A stretch of 53,306 nucleotides of DNA, counting the filler, from Jimgerdemannia flammicorona (taxonomy: Eukaryota), in assembly GCA_003990765.1 (NCBI GenBank). It is 3 parts of 3 records of this genome, joined end to end, with 100 filler letters (N's around TTAATTAATTAA, not from the genome) between each part and the next. Parts side by side here need not be neighbours in the genome. Positions count along the whole stretch, not along the records: positions 17,805 to 35,506 come from RBNJ01002444.1; positions 35,607 to 53,306 come from RBNJ01002445.1; 1 more part is not named here. One strand, written 5' to 3'. Shown here piece by piece: positions 22,985 through 37,192 of the stretch (within the stretch, counting starts at the first letter, position 1; each line of letters begins with the position of its first letter). A program made the position numbers and the translations under genes. The notes beneath the pieces are model-generated. The model made no database searches. It saw nothing but the letters and a program-made list of their open reading frames with translations, and was not told the DNA's origin.

Positions 22985-25900
22985 GATAGTCCATAGTCTG
23001 GATATACTTGTGGATCTATTTAGTCTTGATATTTACTCCTTTGTAGACCAGACTGGTCAGTGGAGTTGTGATAGCAGAGTATCCTTGGATGAACCTTCAG
23101 TAATATTCTATAATATCTAGAAAGTACTGGAGTAGCTTAAGAGTAGTAAGAATGAGAATATCTTTAAGAGCTGATACCTTTTGGGAGTCTATATTTATGC
23201 CTTCAGCAGAGATAATATATTCTAAATACTCAATCTAATCTTGATAGAACTTATATCTGCTCATATTAGCATAGAGCTAGTATTCTTATAGAAGGGTCAG
23301 TATCTATCTAAGATAGGTATAGTATATATAGCTCTACTGTTTCACTATAGATTAGTATATTATTAATATATATAAGGATATAAATATTGAGTAGTGGTCT
23401 AAAGATATCATTCATTAGATATTTGAATATTACTAATATATTGGTCAAATCAAAAAGTATAACTCAGAACTGATAGTATCCAAACTATATTCAGAAAGCT
23501 ATCTTCTCAACATTCTTCTTATCAATAAGAATCTAGTAATAACTATTTCATAAGTCCAGTAGGGAGAAGGTCTTGATCATAAAGATTTGATATAATAATT
23601 TATCAATCCTAAGTAAGATATACTAGTTCTTGATAGTAATCTTATTGAAGACTCTATAGTCAATATATATTTACAGAGAGCCATTCTTCTTCTTAATAAA
23701 CAGAATAAGAGCTCTAAATGGAAAATAGCTAGGTTTAATATATTCTTGAGTCAGTAGTTTGATCAACTCTTCTTTGAGGATCTTGAGTTCAGATTGGGCT
23801 AGCTGATAGATACTTTTGTATAGAGGTTCAGAATCTGGAATAAGATCAATTCTATATTAAATTTGGTACTTATATAGAAGTCCTTTGGATTCCTGAAATA
23901 TATCTTAGAATTTCTTAGATAGTTTTTGAGCTTCTGGTGAGATTGAGCTCCTCAGAGCTTTAGTGGCTTTTTATACAGTATAGATGAAGTATATATTCTC
24001 CTTTTTACAAGAAAGTCTCTTTATTTGAATAGCAAAGATGATCTCAATTCCTTGATAGTTGGTATTCTTCTAAGATGTTAGAGTGATCTTTCTGTCTTCA
24101 TGGGTCAGGTTAACCTCATTGGTCCTCCAGTTGATATTTGGTTTGTACCAAATCAATCAGACTTTTCTTAGAATAATATTTTGTTCTGGAAGATCTATGA
24201 TACTAAAGTCCAACTTCTTTTAGTATTTGCCAATCTTAAGCAATAGATCTTCACAGATCTTAGTCAGAGGTATAGTCTTACTATCACTGAAGGTAATACT
24301 TCTTTTCTCAGTAGTTAGTCTGCTTCAGGCTCTAATTCTCTTGGTAGTCTTAGTACTGATATAATTTTCAGTAGCACTACTGTCCAGTAAAACATTGATA
24401 TCTTATCTATGAACTTGGTCTGTGAACTTGATGCAATTGTCCTCCTTCTTGAGATGTTGAGTTCTTCATCTTTATTGTCTTAATTGCTATCAGTCTCCTC
24501 AAAGTTAGTCTCTTTCCATCCTTCACAAAAAGAGTGGTCTGGTTTAGATTCTTCAGTCTATTGGATTTAGTATTTTTTGGATTAGATTTTGAAAACTTTG
24601 GAGAGATATACATGATATTCACCAATATGTTCCATAGTATATTTGGATAGAATGAGGGCATCATCCACATGATATATAACTATTTATAATTCTCTTGTAC
24701 CAGTTTTTATCATCTTTCTTCATAGTGGTAATCTTTTGACTGAGAGTTTTATTGGTTGATCCAAACTCTTTCTTACTATGGTCTGTCTGGGAGAGCTTGG
24801 AAACTTCTTCAATAATTGCTTGAGAAATTCTTTGGCCTACTTTGACTTCAAATGAGATATCTTCAAAATTTTACAAGATGATATAGATTTTACTAGTAAA
24901 TTCTTAGTCAACTACTCCTCTTAGTCCAATATTGAATTCTTTAGCCAGACTACTTTATTCAGTAAGATACATAAATATATATTCCCTTAAGTACTTATAT
25001 CACAATTTCAGTTCATACTATAGTATTGGTACTTAGTAGTATTATGAGATTCTGGCTACTTTAGAGATTATATCCTATATCTATAGAATGAGTCTTAGTA
25101 GAGATAGTAGCCTTGTACCATATCTTCTATACTCTGATAATATTCTCAGAGTTCTTCTTTCCTAAGTCTTCTTCAATAATAGTGATATTCTGATTACTAG
25201 GTTTATCTAATCTATTTCTCTTCTCAGGGCATTTGAAGAAGATATATTCTGTCTTCTTATAAATGAAGTATAATTCTTTTTCATAAAGCTACTTCTTTTC
25301 ATTCTCATTGTGGGGTCTTAGTCCTCTGGGATTTTACTGATTTCTCTAGTTATTCCTTGGGGCATTTCTTTTGAGAGAACTCTTCTTATCTTAGTTATTC
25401 TTCTCATATTCTGGATTTTATAAGGTCTGTGTGATAAGAATTTCATGGGCTCATATTTATATCTAGGCAAAGTACTATGAGTAGTAGAGACATCCTTGGA
25501 GAAGGCCTTATTTTTTTATCTTCTAGGTGAGTTCGTCTGGTAGAGTAGTAAAGATATGATTGGCTCTGATACCATTGATAGCCAAATTGTTTTTCTAGTA
25601 GATAAGTTCTACAGTTTTGAAATAGACATTCATCCTAGTGATAAAGATTTCTAGATCCTCCTCACTATTCTTATGGAACTTTATCTATACTAGTTTGTTT
25701 CAAGTTTCTTATATATAAGCTATATTTTGGAATTTAGTCAACAGTAGAATCTTGAGTTCTAGGTCTACTATATAGTTATCTCAATCTGATCTGGCATGGC
25801 CAGATATCTATTCAGTGACTTGAGAGCAGTCTTTTCAGATTACTGGATGTTCTTCTAGAGTATACCAGAACTCAGCTACTGTTCTAGTAAAGAATATTGC

Positions 25901-26609
25901 TACTATTTTCACTTATATTACTAATGTAGTAAATAACTATTGAAGGGTATTGTCTCTGTTATTGGTAAGTATCTCTATAGATATGTAGTTATTATTCTAT
26001 TAATTTGCTTAGTATTCTATATCTACTACATTGATGAAGATTTCAATATTACTATTTTTCTACTAAAAGTAGAAATTCTCAAGGTCTTGGTGAGTTTGTT
26101 TTATTCAGCAATTTGTTCTACTATACCTACTAGTATAGCTAGCTGGGCAGTCAGGGCCTGAATATTGACATCTATTATTATATTAACTGCTGATAGTGGG
26201 TCTATAGGGGTGGATTCTTCTAAAGACTATTCAGTCTAATATAATTATAGTGCAGAGTAACTTGGGGTTACTTAATTTCCAGAGATTAGGTCAAAAAGTC
26301 CTATATGAGTGGGTAAACCAAACCTCTATATAGATGTCTAGATTGATCCTGAGGTCTGATCTTTAAGATCTATAGATCTTTAGTAAATTTCTAGATTTTT
26401 TATTTCTTATTAGCTATCATTAGACTAGTATTCTACAGAGTCTTTATCTGACTCTTTTCTCTGATGAGATAGTATATCCTTATACTGACTAGGTTCTTCA
26501 AAGAGGATATTAGTTTCTGGCTAAGTAGATGGGTCTACTTCTTGATCAGTAGTAGAGAGTGGGTAGTTTGTCTATTTAGTCTCATATCTTAATATAGTAG
26601 TAATATAGT
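22985..26609 (-). mobile_element. Heavily decayed Ty3/Gypsy element (gag-PR-RT), related family; continues briefly after 32424
   Basis: Minus strand: ALTAQLAIL..KTLRISTF (similar to the chromovirus gag start), VLLDSSATENYI protease, LMNDIFRPLL..IYINNILIYS (YIDD decayed). Confidence 0.8.
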
Positions 26610-26625
26610 ATACAACTAGTCTGTA

Positions 26626-29600
26626 TACCTTTCACCAGTAACATTCAGATGACACAAGACTTAGATAATACTTTTTGTAATATTTTTGATAAAAAGAGAC
26701 TATTAACATAGATAGCAACAAATATACTGGTGAGTGTACTGGCCAGGAGGGCAGTAGTACCTTCAACTGACAATATGTAGAGAGGAGGCAGAGAGACAGT
26801 TTAGGGATGCCAGAGCCTTCTATGGCTGACTATAGCATTGGTAGTAGAGGGAGGGGCAGATTGAGGTAATGAGGAGAGAAGAGAATGACATTTGCTGATA
26901 AGATCAAGATGGGAAGAATGGTATCTGGTCTGGATAGTTGGTTGGGACTGGGAAAGGTATTGACAGCTTCAGTTGGAGAACAGAGAGGAGCCCCCATGGG
27001 AGATTCAGGCAGTAGGGTGAAGGGGGAAGTAGGGGCTAGAGATGTAACTGCTGATGAAGCTGTAACTGAGAATCTGAAAAAAAAATCCAGATATAATAGT
27101 TGATAGTAGATCAGGATAGGGGGAGGGCATGAGGTCTGGGGACCTGGCAGATGGGGTAACTAGCATCGTATCAGCACCATTACTCAAAAAGTTGAGATTA
27201 GAATTTATGGTCACATTATGCTTCTGAGGCTTGGCAGTGACTGCAAGAATGATTTTGGGGCTGGTAGTATAGGAGGTAAAGAAGGCAGTATCAGTGAAGT
27301 TCTTGAAGGAAAAAGAAGAAGTCGAGGTTGGATTTGAGAAAGAAGAATCATTGTTGGAGACTGTGGATAAGGGGGTAGTAGTATGCAAAATAGTAGTTCC
27401 TATAGTAAGATACATATACTGGAACCCCCAAGTGGTGCAGTTGACAGTATTGGATCTTCCTACAGTATTGAGAGAGAAGGCCAGAGAGTTGATTGTGGAG
27501 GTGGTCAAGGAATATAGAGAAATTATAGACATCAGGTTTAGAGTCTGAAAGGATACTGATCTCTAGATCAGAGATATCAATATCAGGATAAGGCTGGCTG
27601 AGAAGAAGAATACTGGAAAGGCAAGGGATTGGCTGGTAACTCTTAAGTAGGGACTGGTTGAATGTAAAGTTTTGCAGATAAAGAGAATGATAGAGAAAGA
27701 GGAGAACTTGCTGGAGGCTCTTAAGGATCTAGCAGAAGTAGTGAAGAGGAGGAGATTGGCTTGGAAGGAGTATGAGGCCAAGACAGTGATAAAGATTATA
27801 GATAAAAAGAAGATTAGATGGACTGGGTGGCCTGGGAGAAGGTATAGGGGAGATATATTCAGAAGGAGCTATTGAAGAAGCTGAAAGAGAGTGTGGCAGG
27901 CAGCAGTATAGCAGAAGGGAGTGCTGGACTGATAGAGAGTGCTTGAGCAGGGGAGTACAGGATGGCCCAGGATGTGGTCCAGAGCAGATCAAGTGAGGAG
28001 GGGCTGGGTGATATGATAGAGGATGCCAAAATGGGTGAGGAAGTTCTCCCTCAGTATAATATCCCAAGTAGGACAAGTGGGGAGGAGGAACTACTAGATG
28101 TATTGGAGAAGGAGTAGGATGAGTCAGGGAGGAGGAGCACCTTAGTGGACTCTGTGGTAGAGGTCAAAGAAGTTGTCTGGAGTGTTGTGGAAGCAGTAAA
28201 TGAAGAGAAGTGACTGTGAAAGACTCTGGAGGGGGTGGCAGCTGAGGAGCTGAGGGGAGAGGACTTCTGAGTCCTAAGTAATAGATATTGGGAGGATATA
28301 CTCCATGGAGAGGAGGTGCTGAGGAAGATTAGAAATGAGATTTTGGTAGTACTATTAGAGTTGAAGGAATATCAAGTAGATTATCAGAGGGAGGAGACCC
28401 TTTAAGGGATTGCAAATGATCAGGTAGCATACTTGTGGAATTCAAGAAAGGGGTTAGAGAAGTGGAGAGTGGTATACATGGATTATCAGATAGAAATGGA
28501 GGTTATAGATAGGGTAGAGTATCAGGAAATCTTGGAAGCACTAGATGCTTAGGCTGTAGCAGAGAATGAGTTAGAGGCAGAGTGGTGCTTGGATCTTACT
28601 AGTGATAAGATGAGTATGGAATTCTAGACTGGACCCTTAATATCAAATATTATTCAATATGAATAGTACAATTAGAATCTTTTTTTTGAATATGAATAGG
28701 TTGAGGAGAATGGCATAGTGTAGGAATATATTTGGCTAGTTAAAGGGACTAGATGCAGATCTCTTCTTACTGCAGAATATGCAGTATGAGATAGATATAG
28801 ACTTATAGAACTGGACTAGAGAATGGGGTGGAGTAGCTGTGTGGACTGAGTGGGTGGTTTGAAAGGGGATGGGGGATATTAGGAATATTGGACACTGGAA
28901 AAGTAGATTGGTGTGGAGAGTATGGAAGAGACCTGGATAGAACTCTTTGACTGTTGGATTATACTATTATCTGACTGAGAGGGAAGAGTATGTAGATTGA
29001 ATCAAAGACTTACAAGAGGCTAGTATTATAGATGAGGCAGGTATTGACTGCCTGGGGGGGGATTTCAACATAATATATAATAATGGGGTAGACAGGATAG
29101 ATAGCAGGAGAGAAATGAGAGGCAGAAGTGGTAGGTTGGATGATTGGATGGAGATTGAGAGGTTGAGTTCTCTAGTTGACTTGGGGTGATAGTTTTGAGT
29201 AGATTGCTGAATTTATACTTACTGAGTGGCAGGGCTGGGCTTCAGGATTGACTGGATATTGATGGCAGAGTACTGGAAAATTAATGTCTGAGATATGCTG
29301 GAGGTGGTTTGATGCCTGTGATCAGATCACTGGGGTCTGTTAGGAGGGGGGAGATTTGGAGGAAGTGGGGATGGACCCAGACATTGGTGACTGAATTCTT
29401 CATTGTTAGAAGATAGTTCCATATAGATGGACTGAGAGGTGGAAATTGTTGGGAAGATTAATAGATAGTGAGAGCAGGAATTGGTAATTAGAGATCACTG
29501 GTAGCAGCTGAAGTCAAGTGCTCAGAGATACTGAAGAGAGGTAGGGAAAGAAAGGAGTGCTCAGCAGTAGCAGTGAGTACAGTGGGTATCATAGAGATTG

Positions 29601-32378
29601 GTGGCACTTCTGGGGAGGTGAGCAGGGTCACTAGAGGATTGGAGGGCAGCTGATTGGCAAATTCTATAAATACAAAAAGAAGTAGATAAGCTTAAGAAAG
29701 TGTTATAGATGGAGGAAGAGATTCAGTTGAAGGGAATGGTGGCAAGGTTGTGGTAGCAGGAGTTGGAGGAGGGGGAGAGGTCTACTAGGTTTCTTTCATA
29801 GTTACTCTAAGCTCAGAGAACCAAACAGTAGTGAGATAGTATTTTTAATGAGGATGGAAAGATGGTGGCTGGGACTCCTAAGATATTGGGATTGCTGAGA
29901 ACTCATTGAAGAAATTTATGGAGTAATGAAGAAGGGGGTGAGGATGCCCTGAACATTGAATGGTAGCTGGAGGATTGGCATCCAGACCTTGCACTGGGTC
30001 TGGGGATTCTGGGAGACCCAGTGTGAGGGGAGGAAGTATGCAAGATCTTGGCTTTGACAAGTAAGGGGACAGTCCCAGGAGAGGATGGGCTTTTCTGGGA
30101 TTTTTGAAAGAAGATGGCTAGGGTAGAAGTGATATTAGAGGAGATGACAGTGATGAGTAATAAGGTTCTTTGGTCTGGAACTTAGATTGGACGCTAGCAC
30201 CTAGGGCTGGTCTCCTTGCTCTATAAGGATAAGGAGAGAAGAGAAGACTGGAAGAACTGGCAACTGATCATGCTCCTTGACATGGACTGCAAGCTGGTGA
30301 TAAAGATCTTGGTGACTAGATTGTAGGAGATCACTCAGTAGGTACTAGGAGTGGAGCAGTGGAGATTTGTTGGTGGTCAGTTGATCTGAGATAGAACTGC
30401 CTAGGTTCATGAGGTAATTGAAGGAGCTCAGGCAGCTGGGGTTGATGGCCAGTTAGTATTTCTGGATCAGAAGAAGATATACAACAAGGTGAGGAGGGTT
30501 TGGCTGAAGGGAGTGCTGAAATATATGGGAGTTCCCCCAGATTTCAGAAGGTCATTGATCAGTCTATTGGAGAATAGTCAGACAGTATTGGTGGTAAATG
30601 GGCACAGAGATGTGACCTTTCTACTAGGTCATGGGGTGTCACAAGGAGATCCTTTGTCATCTATCTTATATGCTCTTTTATTGAAGCCCCTATTAGATAG
30701 GATTCAGTATTGAGTTGGAGGTTTGAACATTTTGGAGATTAACTGGAAGGTTGGGGCTTTTTCAAATGATATAGTGGTTGGACTGGGTTTATTAGTAGAT
30801 GTGGAGGAGTTAAGGAGGACTGTGGAATAGTATGAGAGGGGCTCAGGTGCTTGATTCAATTGGCAAAAATATGAGACTCTGGTACTAGGTAGCAGAATAG
30901 TTGGTGGTGACATGATTGGGACAGTGGTTCTGGCAGGAGAACTAGTCTGGTATTTAGGAATCTACTTCTTAGTATATGGGTCCCTTCTGCTCTGTATATG
31001 ATGGAAATAGTAGCTGCTAGTATGGGGAAATATTCTCTTGAGGTGGGGTGGTTGGTATATATCCTTAGTAGGAAGAGTGATAGTACTAAATATGTATTGA
31101 CTACCAAAGCTATGGTATGTGGGGTATCATCTAGACTTTCCAGTGTGAGTGGTCAGGTAACTTCTAAAGATAGCAAGATCATGGATTTGGACTAGGTAGC
31201 ATAGTCAGATAGGCTGAGAGATTCTGACTCTACCTATTGACAGAGGTGGGCTGGGCTTAGTAGACTTCACTAAGTGCCTATTTTGTCTGAGAGCATAGTA
31301 GCTGAAGAGGGTGAGTGAGTTGAGAGGCTGAGAGTGGGTGCTACTTATACAGAGAATGTAGGAAGTCCAGTATTTCCCTCATAGAGCAACTGGTGATCTG
31401 ATTGTAATAGTGACCATAGATGAGAGCAGAAGAATGTGTTATAAAGGCTTTTGGTAAGAAGTAGTAAATAGTGTAAGGAGGATTGGACTTTAGTAGAGAG
31501 GTGATGAGAGGGAGGAAGACTGGGAATTACAGATGTGGAGATGGGACTGACTACTACTGGGAGGTTCATTGGTGGAGGATTTTCAACTTGGTAATGGAAT
31601 GGAATGTATGTGGGGGCTTAGGGGGGATATGTAGCCTGAAGCATGGTAAAGGGTGGGGATTGGCAAGGAGTGGGACTGGAACAGTATTTGGTCTTGGAGC
31701 AAGTGGGTATTGTGGTAGCTTCTCTCTAAGTTCTGAGTAGTATGGTGGAGGTTTCTAAGGTGGAATATGATGCTGAACTATTGGTCAGGGCACTTGGTGG
31801 CAGATGGTATGTTTGAGTGTGAGGAATGCATAGATATTAGTCAGGAGGGGAGAGTGGTACAGATGTCTGAACATTGGCTAGAGGAGTGTAAAGTTCTGTG
31901 AGAGTTTTGGTACAATATTACTAGCAGACTGAGATTACAGCCCCTGGTGGAGAGGGGAAGGAGAGAGATGGAGAGACCTCTGGTATAGGTTAGTGGGTGG
32001 AGTTGGAGATAAATGATTGACCTTGAGATGGGCTCTGACTATTTGGATAGAGCTGGCTGGACATTGGCTTTATGTCTTTGAGGAGGGTTAGCAGGTTATA
32101 GTTGGGGCTAGTGTAGTATATTGAGAATGGTTAATACTGAACATTTTGAATAGTTGGTAGAGAGGGTGGAGATCAGACAAGGGGGACTGTCAGAATTTAG
32201 TGAACTGTATCTATAAGAAGAGTGGAGAGAGGGTTCAGGTGGCAGGAGGGTGGGTTGTCCTTTGGTAGAGAGAGATGGAGAATAGGGAGGAGGATCTGAG
32301 GGGCATTAGCTGAGGGGTTGTGGATCATTATGTATTATTATTTTAGACTGAGTGATAATAAATAGAAGTCTAAGTAAC

Positions 32379-32408
<30 letters not shown>
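26626..32408 (+). mobile_element. L1/Tx1-like LINE, near full length, decayed
   Basis: APE endonuclease remnants (~28680-29400, GGDFN, RIDWI, SDH); RT remnants PGEDG, LVFLDQ, GVSQGDPLS, YLGI; poly(A) at 32382-32409; 16-bp TSD ATACAACTAGYCTRTA at 26610-26625 and 32409-32424. Confidence 0.88.
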
Positions 32409-32414
<6 letters not shown>

Positions 32415-32559
32415 CTAGCCTATAGTAGAGAGAGGTTCAGATAAGAGTATGATGGCATCTTTTCTTCTATATAATTCATATTACACAAAACTTCAAGCAA
32501 TGGTTTTCAACACAACTAGGAGAAAAGGTACTATCAACATATCATCTAGCAAGAGTTCT

Positions 32560-35506
32560 GATGGGCATACTGGGTTGGGGGGATCTGGGGCTTTCAGCTG
32601 GCAGAATGTGGGGAGGGGTTATGGTCTGGGGATGGGGGCCTTTGGAGGGTCAAAGGGTGGCAAGGGCTCTGGAGGAGGGCTGGTGTCAGGAGGTAATAGA
32701 GGAAGGACTGGCCCCTCAAGCTTTGTGGACAAGGTGAAGGAGAGTGGATAGCCAGCTGAAGACAGGGCTGGTACTGCTATGGGGAAGGGCAAGGTGAGCC
32801 ATAAGAGGGGGGGAGGTCCTCAGGCTGGAGATATGAGTGTAGAGTCTGGAGGTACTGTGGCTGGGGGTGGGACTACTGATGGAGGTATGACGGGGAATCA
32901 GGAAAAAAAAAGAGATGTGATGGCTGATGGCAGAGTGGGGCTGGGGCTACTAATTCAGAAGGGGGATCTGGCTGATAGTGTGACAGGGCTGGTGGTAGCA
33001 CTATTACTCAAGAAGTCAGTTTTGGAGTTCACAGCTACCTTGTGCTTCCAGGGCTTGGCAGTGATGGCAAGGATAGTCCTGGGGCTTATCTCATAGCAGG
33101 TGGCTGGGGCAGCCTCGGTGAAGTTCCTGAAGGAGCTGAAGGGGGTAGAGGTGGGCTTTGAGGAAGTAGGCCCACTGAATGAGACAATGAAGACTAGAGT
33201 AGTAGTTGGTGAAGTGGTGGTCTCTATGGTATGGTGCCTTAGGTGAGATCCCCAGGGTGGTTCAGCTGCTAGTCAAAGGGATACCTATGGTAACAAAGGT
33301 TGAGACTAGGAGGAGGGTAGAGGAGGTGGTGGCCGAGTATAGCAATGTGATAGATATTGGATTCTAGGTGTAGGAGGGGACAGCAAACAGGACTGGTAAT
33401 GTGGATGTCAGGATTAGGCTGGCAGAGAGGGAGGCCATGGGAAAGGTGAGTGACTAGCCTTTAGTGTTGATGTGAGGGGCTGTTGTCTGTAGGGTGTCAA
33501 GGGTAAAGGGGAGTGAAGAGGAGGAGGAGGACCTATTGGAAGTACTGAAGGAGTTGAGTGGTGTGGTGGAATGGAGGGCAAAGGCCTGGAAGCTCTTCGA
33601 GGAGATGATGCATCTGGAGGTTGTGGAGGAGAAGTGTATCCGCATGGACAAGAGGCAGTGGGAGTGGGCACAGGGGTGCAGGAGGCAGAGGGAGCTACTG
33701 GTGAGTATGACAGTAGAGGTAAAGAAGAAGGCAGTTGGGACTGAGGTGTCTGGGGGTATTGAAGCCAGTGTCTGGACTAGTAAAGGAGTCGGGGAGGTGG
33801 AGGCAGGTAAGGAAGAAGCTGAGAAGGTGCTGAGCAAAGACTCCTATACTGATGGCACTTTTGAGGTCTGGGAGTAAGAATTGGATTCCACCCTCCCTCC
33901 TCTTATCAGGAGGGGCCTGGCTGTGAAGGGGAGGACAACAGAGGATATGCTGATGCAAGGGGCTCAGCGAGTGTGCTTTGGGGTCCCTGATGTGGCAAAA
34001 GGGGGCCAGGTAGTGGCAGCTGGTGAGGATGAGCTGGTGGATGTCTCTGAGGAGGAGTGGGATGAGACTGCCAGTGTAGGTGTAGACACCATAATGTTGG
34101 ATGCAAAATAGCTAGGGACTTCAGGAGGGAAGGAGGTGGGGAACTTACTGTGGATGAGCAAGGTGATGGATAACCTTGCAGCTGATATATTGGGAGAAGT
34201 TGACCTGCAGGCGATGCCTGAGGAGTATTGAGAGTAGATTCTGCATAGAGAGGGTATGGTAGAGGTACTGAGGGTAGAGATTCTTGTGATCTTTCTAGAG
34301 GAGGAGGGTTATGAGATCAATGAGGTGAGGAAGGCAGAGCTGGTGGTAGTTGTGGGTGAGTGGGCAGCCTACTGTTGGGCTGAGCATCATGGTTTGCAGC
34401 TCTGGAGAGAGGCCTATCTGGAGTATAACTTTGAGAAGAGAGAAGATGGGGTGATGGTAGAACTTCTGGAAGGGTTGGAGGTACAGGAAGCTGGGGAAAG
34501 GGAGCTTGCTGCTGAACATGACTTGGACTTGGTGCAGGAGGAGCAGAATGTGGACTTGTAGAGAATGGGATCACTATTTAACATTATTCCCTATGAACAG
34601 TATAACTGATATTTTCTCTTTGAATGTGAATGGGTTGAGGGGATCTGGATGGCATAAGAACATTTTTACTTGACTCAAGGAATTGGAGGCTGATCTCTTT
34701 TTGCTACAGAATATTTGGTATGAGAATGAGGATGATTGGGTGAAATGGACTAAGAAATGGGGTGGACTACTGCTTGGTTTGGAAAAGTGGCAATTCTGGT
34801 AAGAAAGGGTAGAGGAGACTTGGAGGGAATCAGGAGCTGGGGTGATTGCTTGGTCTGGAGAGATTGACAGTGGCTGGGGGAGGCAGTGAGAGTTAACTCT
34901 TGCTACTGCTCTGTGGTTAGGGGTGAGAGAAGTGTATGGATTGAGGAGCTGCTGGAGGAGGGAATTCTCTTGGAGGAAGGGGTCAATGTTCTTGGGGGGG
35001 ACTTTAATATGGTTCAGGATCAGCATCTTGACAGGACTGATAGAGGAAGGAGTGTAGGGGGGAGAAGTGGAGGGCTGGATATATGGGAGGAGGTGGAGAA
35101 GTTGAGCTCTTTAGGGGATATGGGCAGAACATAGTGGGGCAATACCAGGGTCTATACACATTGGGTGAATGGCTTAGGTACCAGGATTGACTGGATTCTG
35201 ATGACAGAGTGTTGGGGTTCAGATGTTTGGAAGTCATTGGAGGTGGAGTGGTGCCCATGGTCTGATCACTGGAGACTTTTGGGGCAGGGGCAGTTTGGGG
35301 GAAGTGGAGATGGACCTGGACATTGGTGCCTTAACTCCTCTCTGCTGGCTGAGAAGGGGTTGTGGGACTCGATATTGGAGAGGGTGTGGAGTGTCAGCAG
35401 GGGCTTGGCCAGGATCTTTGGCCGGGTGGCTGGCAGGCAGTTGGGATCGGCGAGGAGTGGGACTGGGCGGGCATCTGGTCTTGGAGTGCGGAGGTACGGC
35501 GATGGC
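32560..35506 (+). mobile_element. Second related LINE (ORF1 and endonuclease), truncated by the gap
   Basis: Colinear with the first LINE; LNVNGL, LLQ, GGDFN, TRIDWI, WSDH, GPGHWCLN motifs. The start coordinate is approximate. Confidence 0.8.
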
Positions 35507-35606
35507 NNNNNNNNNNNNNNNNNNNNNNNNNNNNNNNNNNNNNNNNNNNNTTAATTAATTAANNNNNNNNNNNNNNNNNNNNNNNNNNNNNNNNNNNNNN
35601 NNNNNN
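35507..35606. other. Artificial contig linker
   Basis: N44-TTAATTAATTAA-N44. Confidence 0.97.
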
Positions 35607-36111
35607 CACTGGTTCACCGTAATCGCCCTTCCTCCTATCTGTGACGGCCATCTCCCCTCCCATCCCGACATCACCCGAAAAGCAGTCACCTACGCCAGAA
35701 CCGCGCTCGCCGGGAAGCTCGCCAAAGCCAGAGGGCCCCACCACAGGCACTGAGGACCTGCAGGTAACCTACACTGAGCACTTGATGCCCAAGGTCGGCT
35801 GACTCCCTACATAGCCCGAGACACACCGAGACAGCACCTTATTGACGACGGCAAAAGGAAGAAGGCGCCGCACCAAAACGGATGCACTCCAGACGCAGCC
35901 GAAGACACCAGAAACCGTGAAAAAGTGGAGAAGACACCAATCCGACACCGATAAAGGGGCAACTCATCACCATTGCCCTCCTCCCACCATGCCCATGCAG
36001 GCACAGCAAACCAACTCGAGGTAGAGGGGGTAATAATAGGGGAAAGGGGACTCGGAAGGTCGCCTACCAAACCTTGTGACCGGTAAGGTAGCGGAGAAAG
36101 GGGCGTGGTGA
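35607..36111 (-). mobile_element. Younger (CpG-intact) copy of the element at 691-1192
   Basis: Colinear alignment with 691-1192; differences are nearly all CpG transitions. Confidence 0.8.
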
Positions 36112-37187
36112 CTTCTTTACTTTTGATCAAAGTCACTTTTTAACCTTGATTTAAGTTATAAATTAGCTATTTTGTTACTCTAATTGAGCTTTTAACTTGT
36201 TAATTTCCTTGACTAATTCTTGAGGAGTTAGCTTTTTTAATCTTACTACTTTGACTTCTAACTCCTTTATTCTATCTAATAAGTCTTACTTCTATCTTTT
36301 ATATCAGTCTTTGACAACTTCCAAGACTTTGAGATAAGTATCTGCTTCTACTGCTAATTGATCTTTTTCTTCTTATAAAGTGTTTATCTATCTTTTATAA
36401 AATTCTAATTGACTTATCTCTTCATTAGATAAAAGTGAAAGTTCTTTTTCCTCTGTGTTTTTATTATATCTAATATAATAGCAAATATATTTATTACTCT
36501 GAAAGTTAAAATTCAGTTTAGTTTTTAATCTTCTACATCTTTTGTATTTGAGTAATTTACCATTTAAAAACTTTTCTTTACAGTTTTTACATATACAGTC
36601 ATTTTCAATTATTTCACTAGCTACTTTGTTATGAGTTCTGATTTGATAGATAGATTAATTTTCACTATTTTTGAAGTGAGAGCAAAAATTACAATTACCC
36701 TCTCTATTCTACTCTTTTAATTTCAAGATTGTGTAAATTAACTCTCTCACTAATATTTAGTCTTAACTTTTATCTAAGCAACTATTTCTCAAGTTTGAGA
36801 CATAATTTTTTTTTTGATAATTGTGAAAATTTACTTTTTATTTTTATTTCTAATATCTTGAACTTGCTTAGTATTTTAGATAAAGCTTTTTTGAATAAAT
36901 ATAATTGTCTTTACAAGTTCTCTTTTTCTACCTCTTGAGTTTTGTTTTTTTTTATACTCTTTTATTAATAATTTTTTTTGTTCATATAATTTTACTTGAA
37001 GTTTTTTAATCTTAGCTTCTTGAATAATATTTTTCTCATATTCTTTTTTTAACAATTTTGACTTATCTCTAATTTTCTCTTTTAAAGATACTTCTTTTTT
37101 ATTATTCCATTTCTTACTAATTTTAGTAAAGAAGATAAAGTGAGTTTTGGTATCTACTTTACATTTTTCAATAATTCTCATAACAAC
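36112..37187 (-). pseudogene. Very AT-rich decayed ORF region (Cys clusters then coiled coil); continues at 47823-~48550 across the Gypsy insertion
   Basis: Minus strand reads CNFC..CICKNC..RCRR..YIC..EEKELSLL..EEKDQLAVEADTYLKVLE..LKKLTPQELVKEINKLKAQLE with scattered stops and no introns apparent. Confidence 0.45.
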
Positions 37188-37192
37188 CTTAT

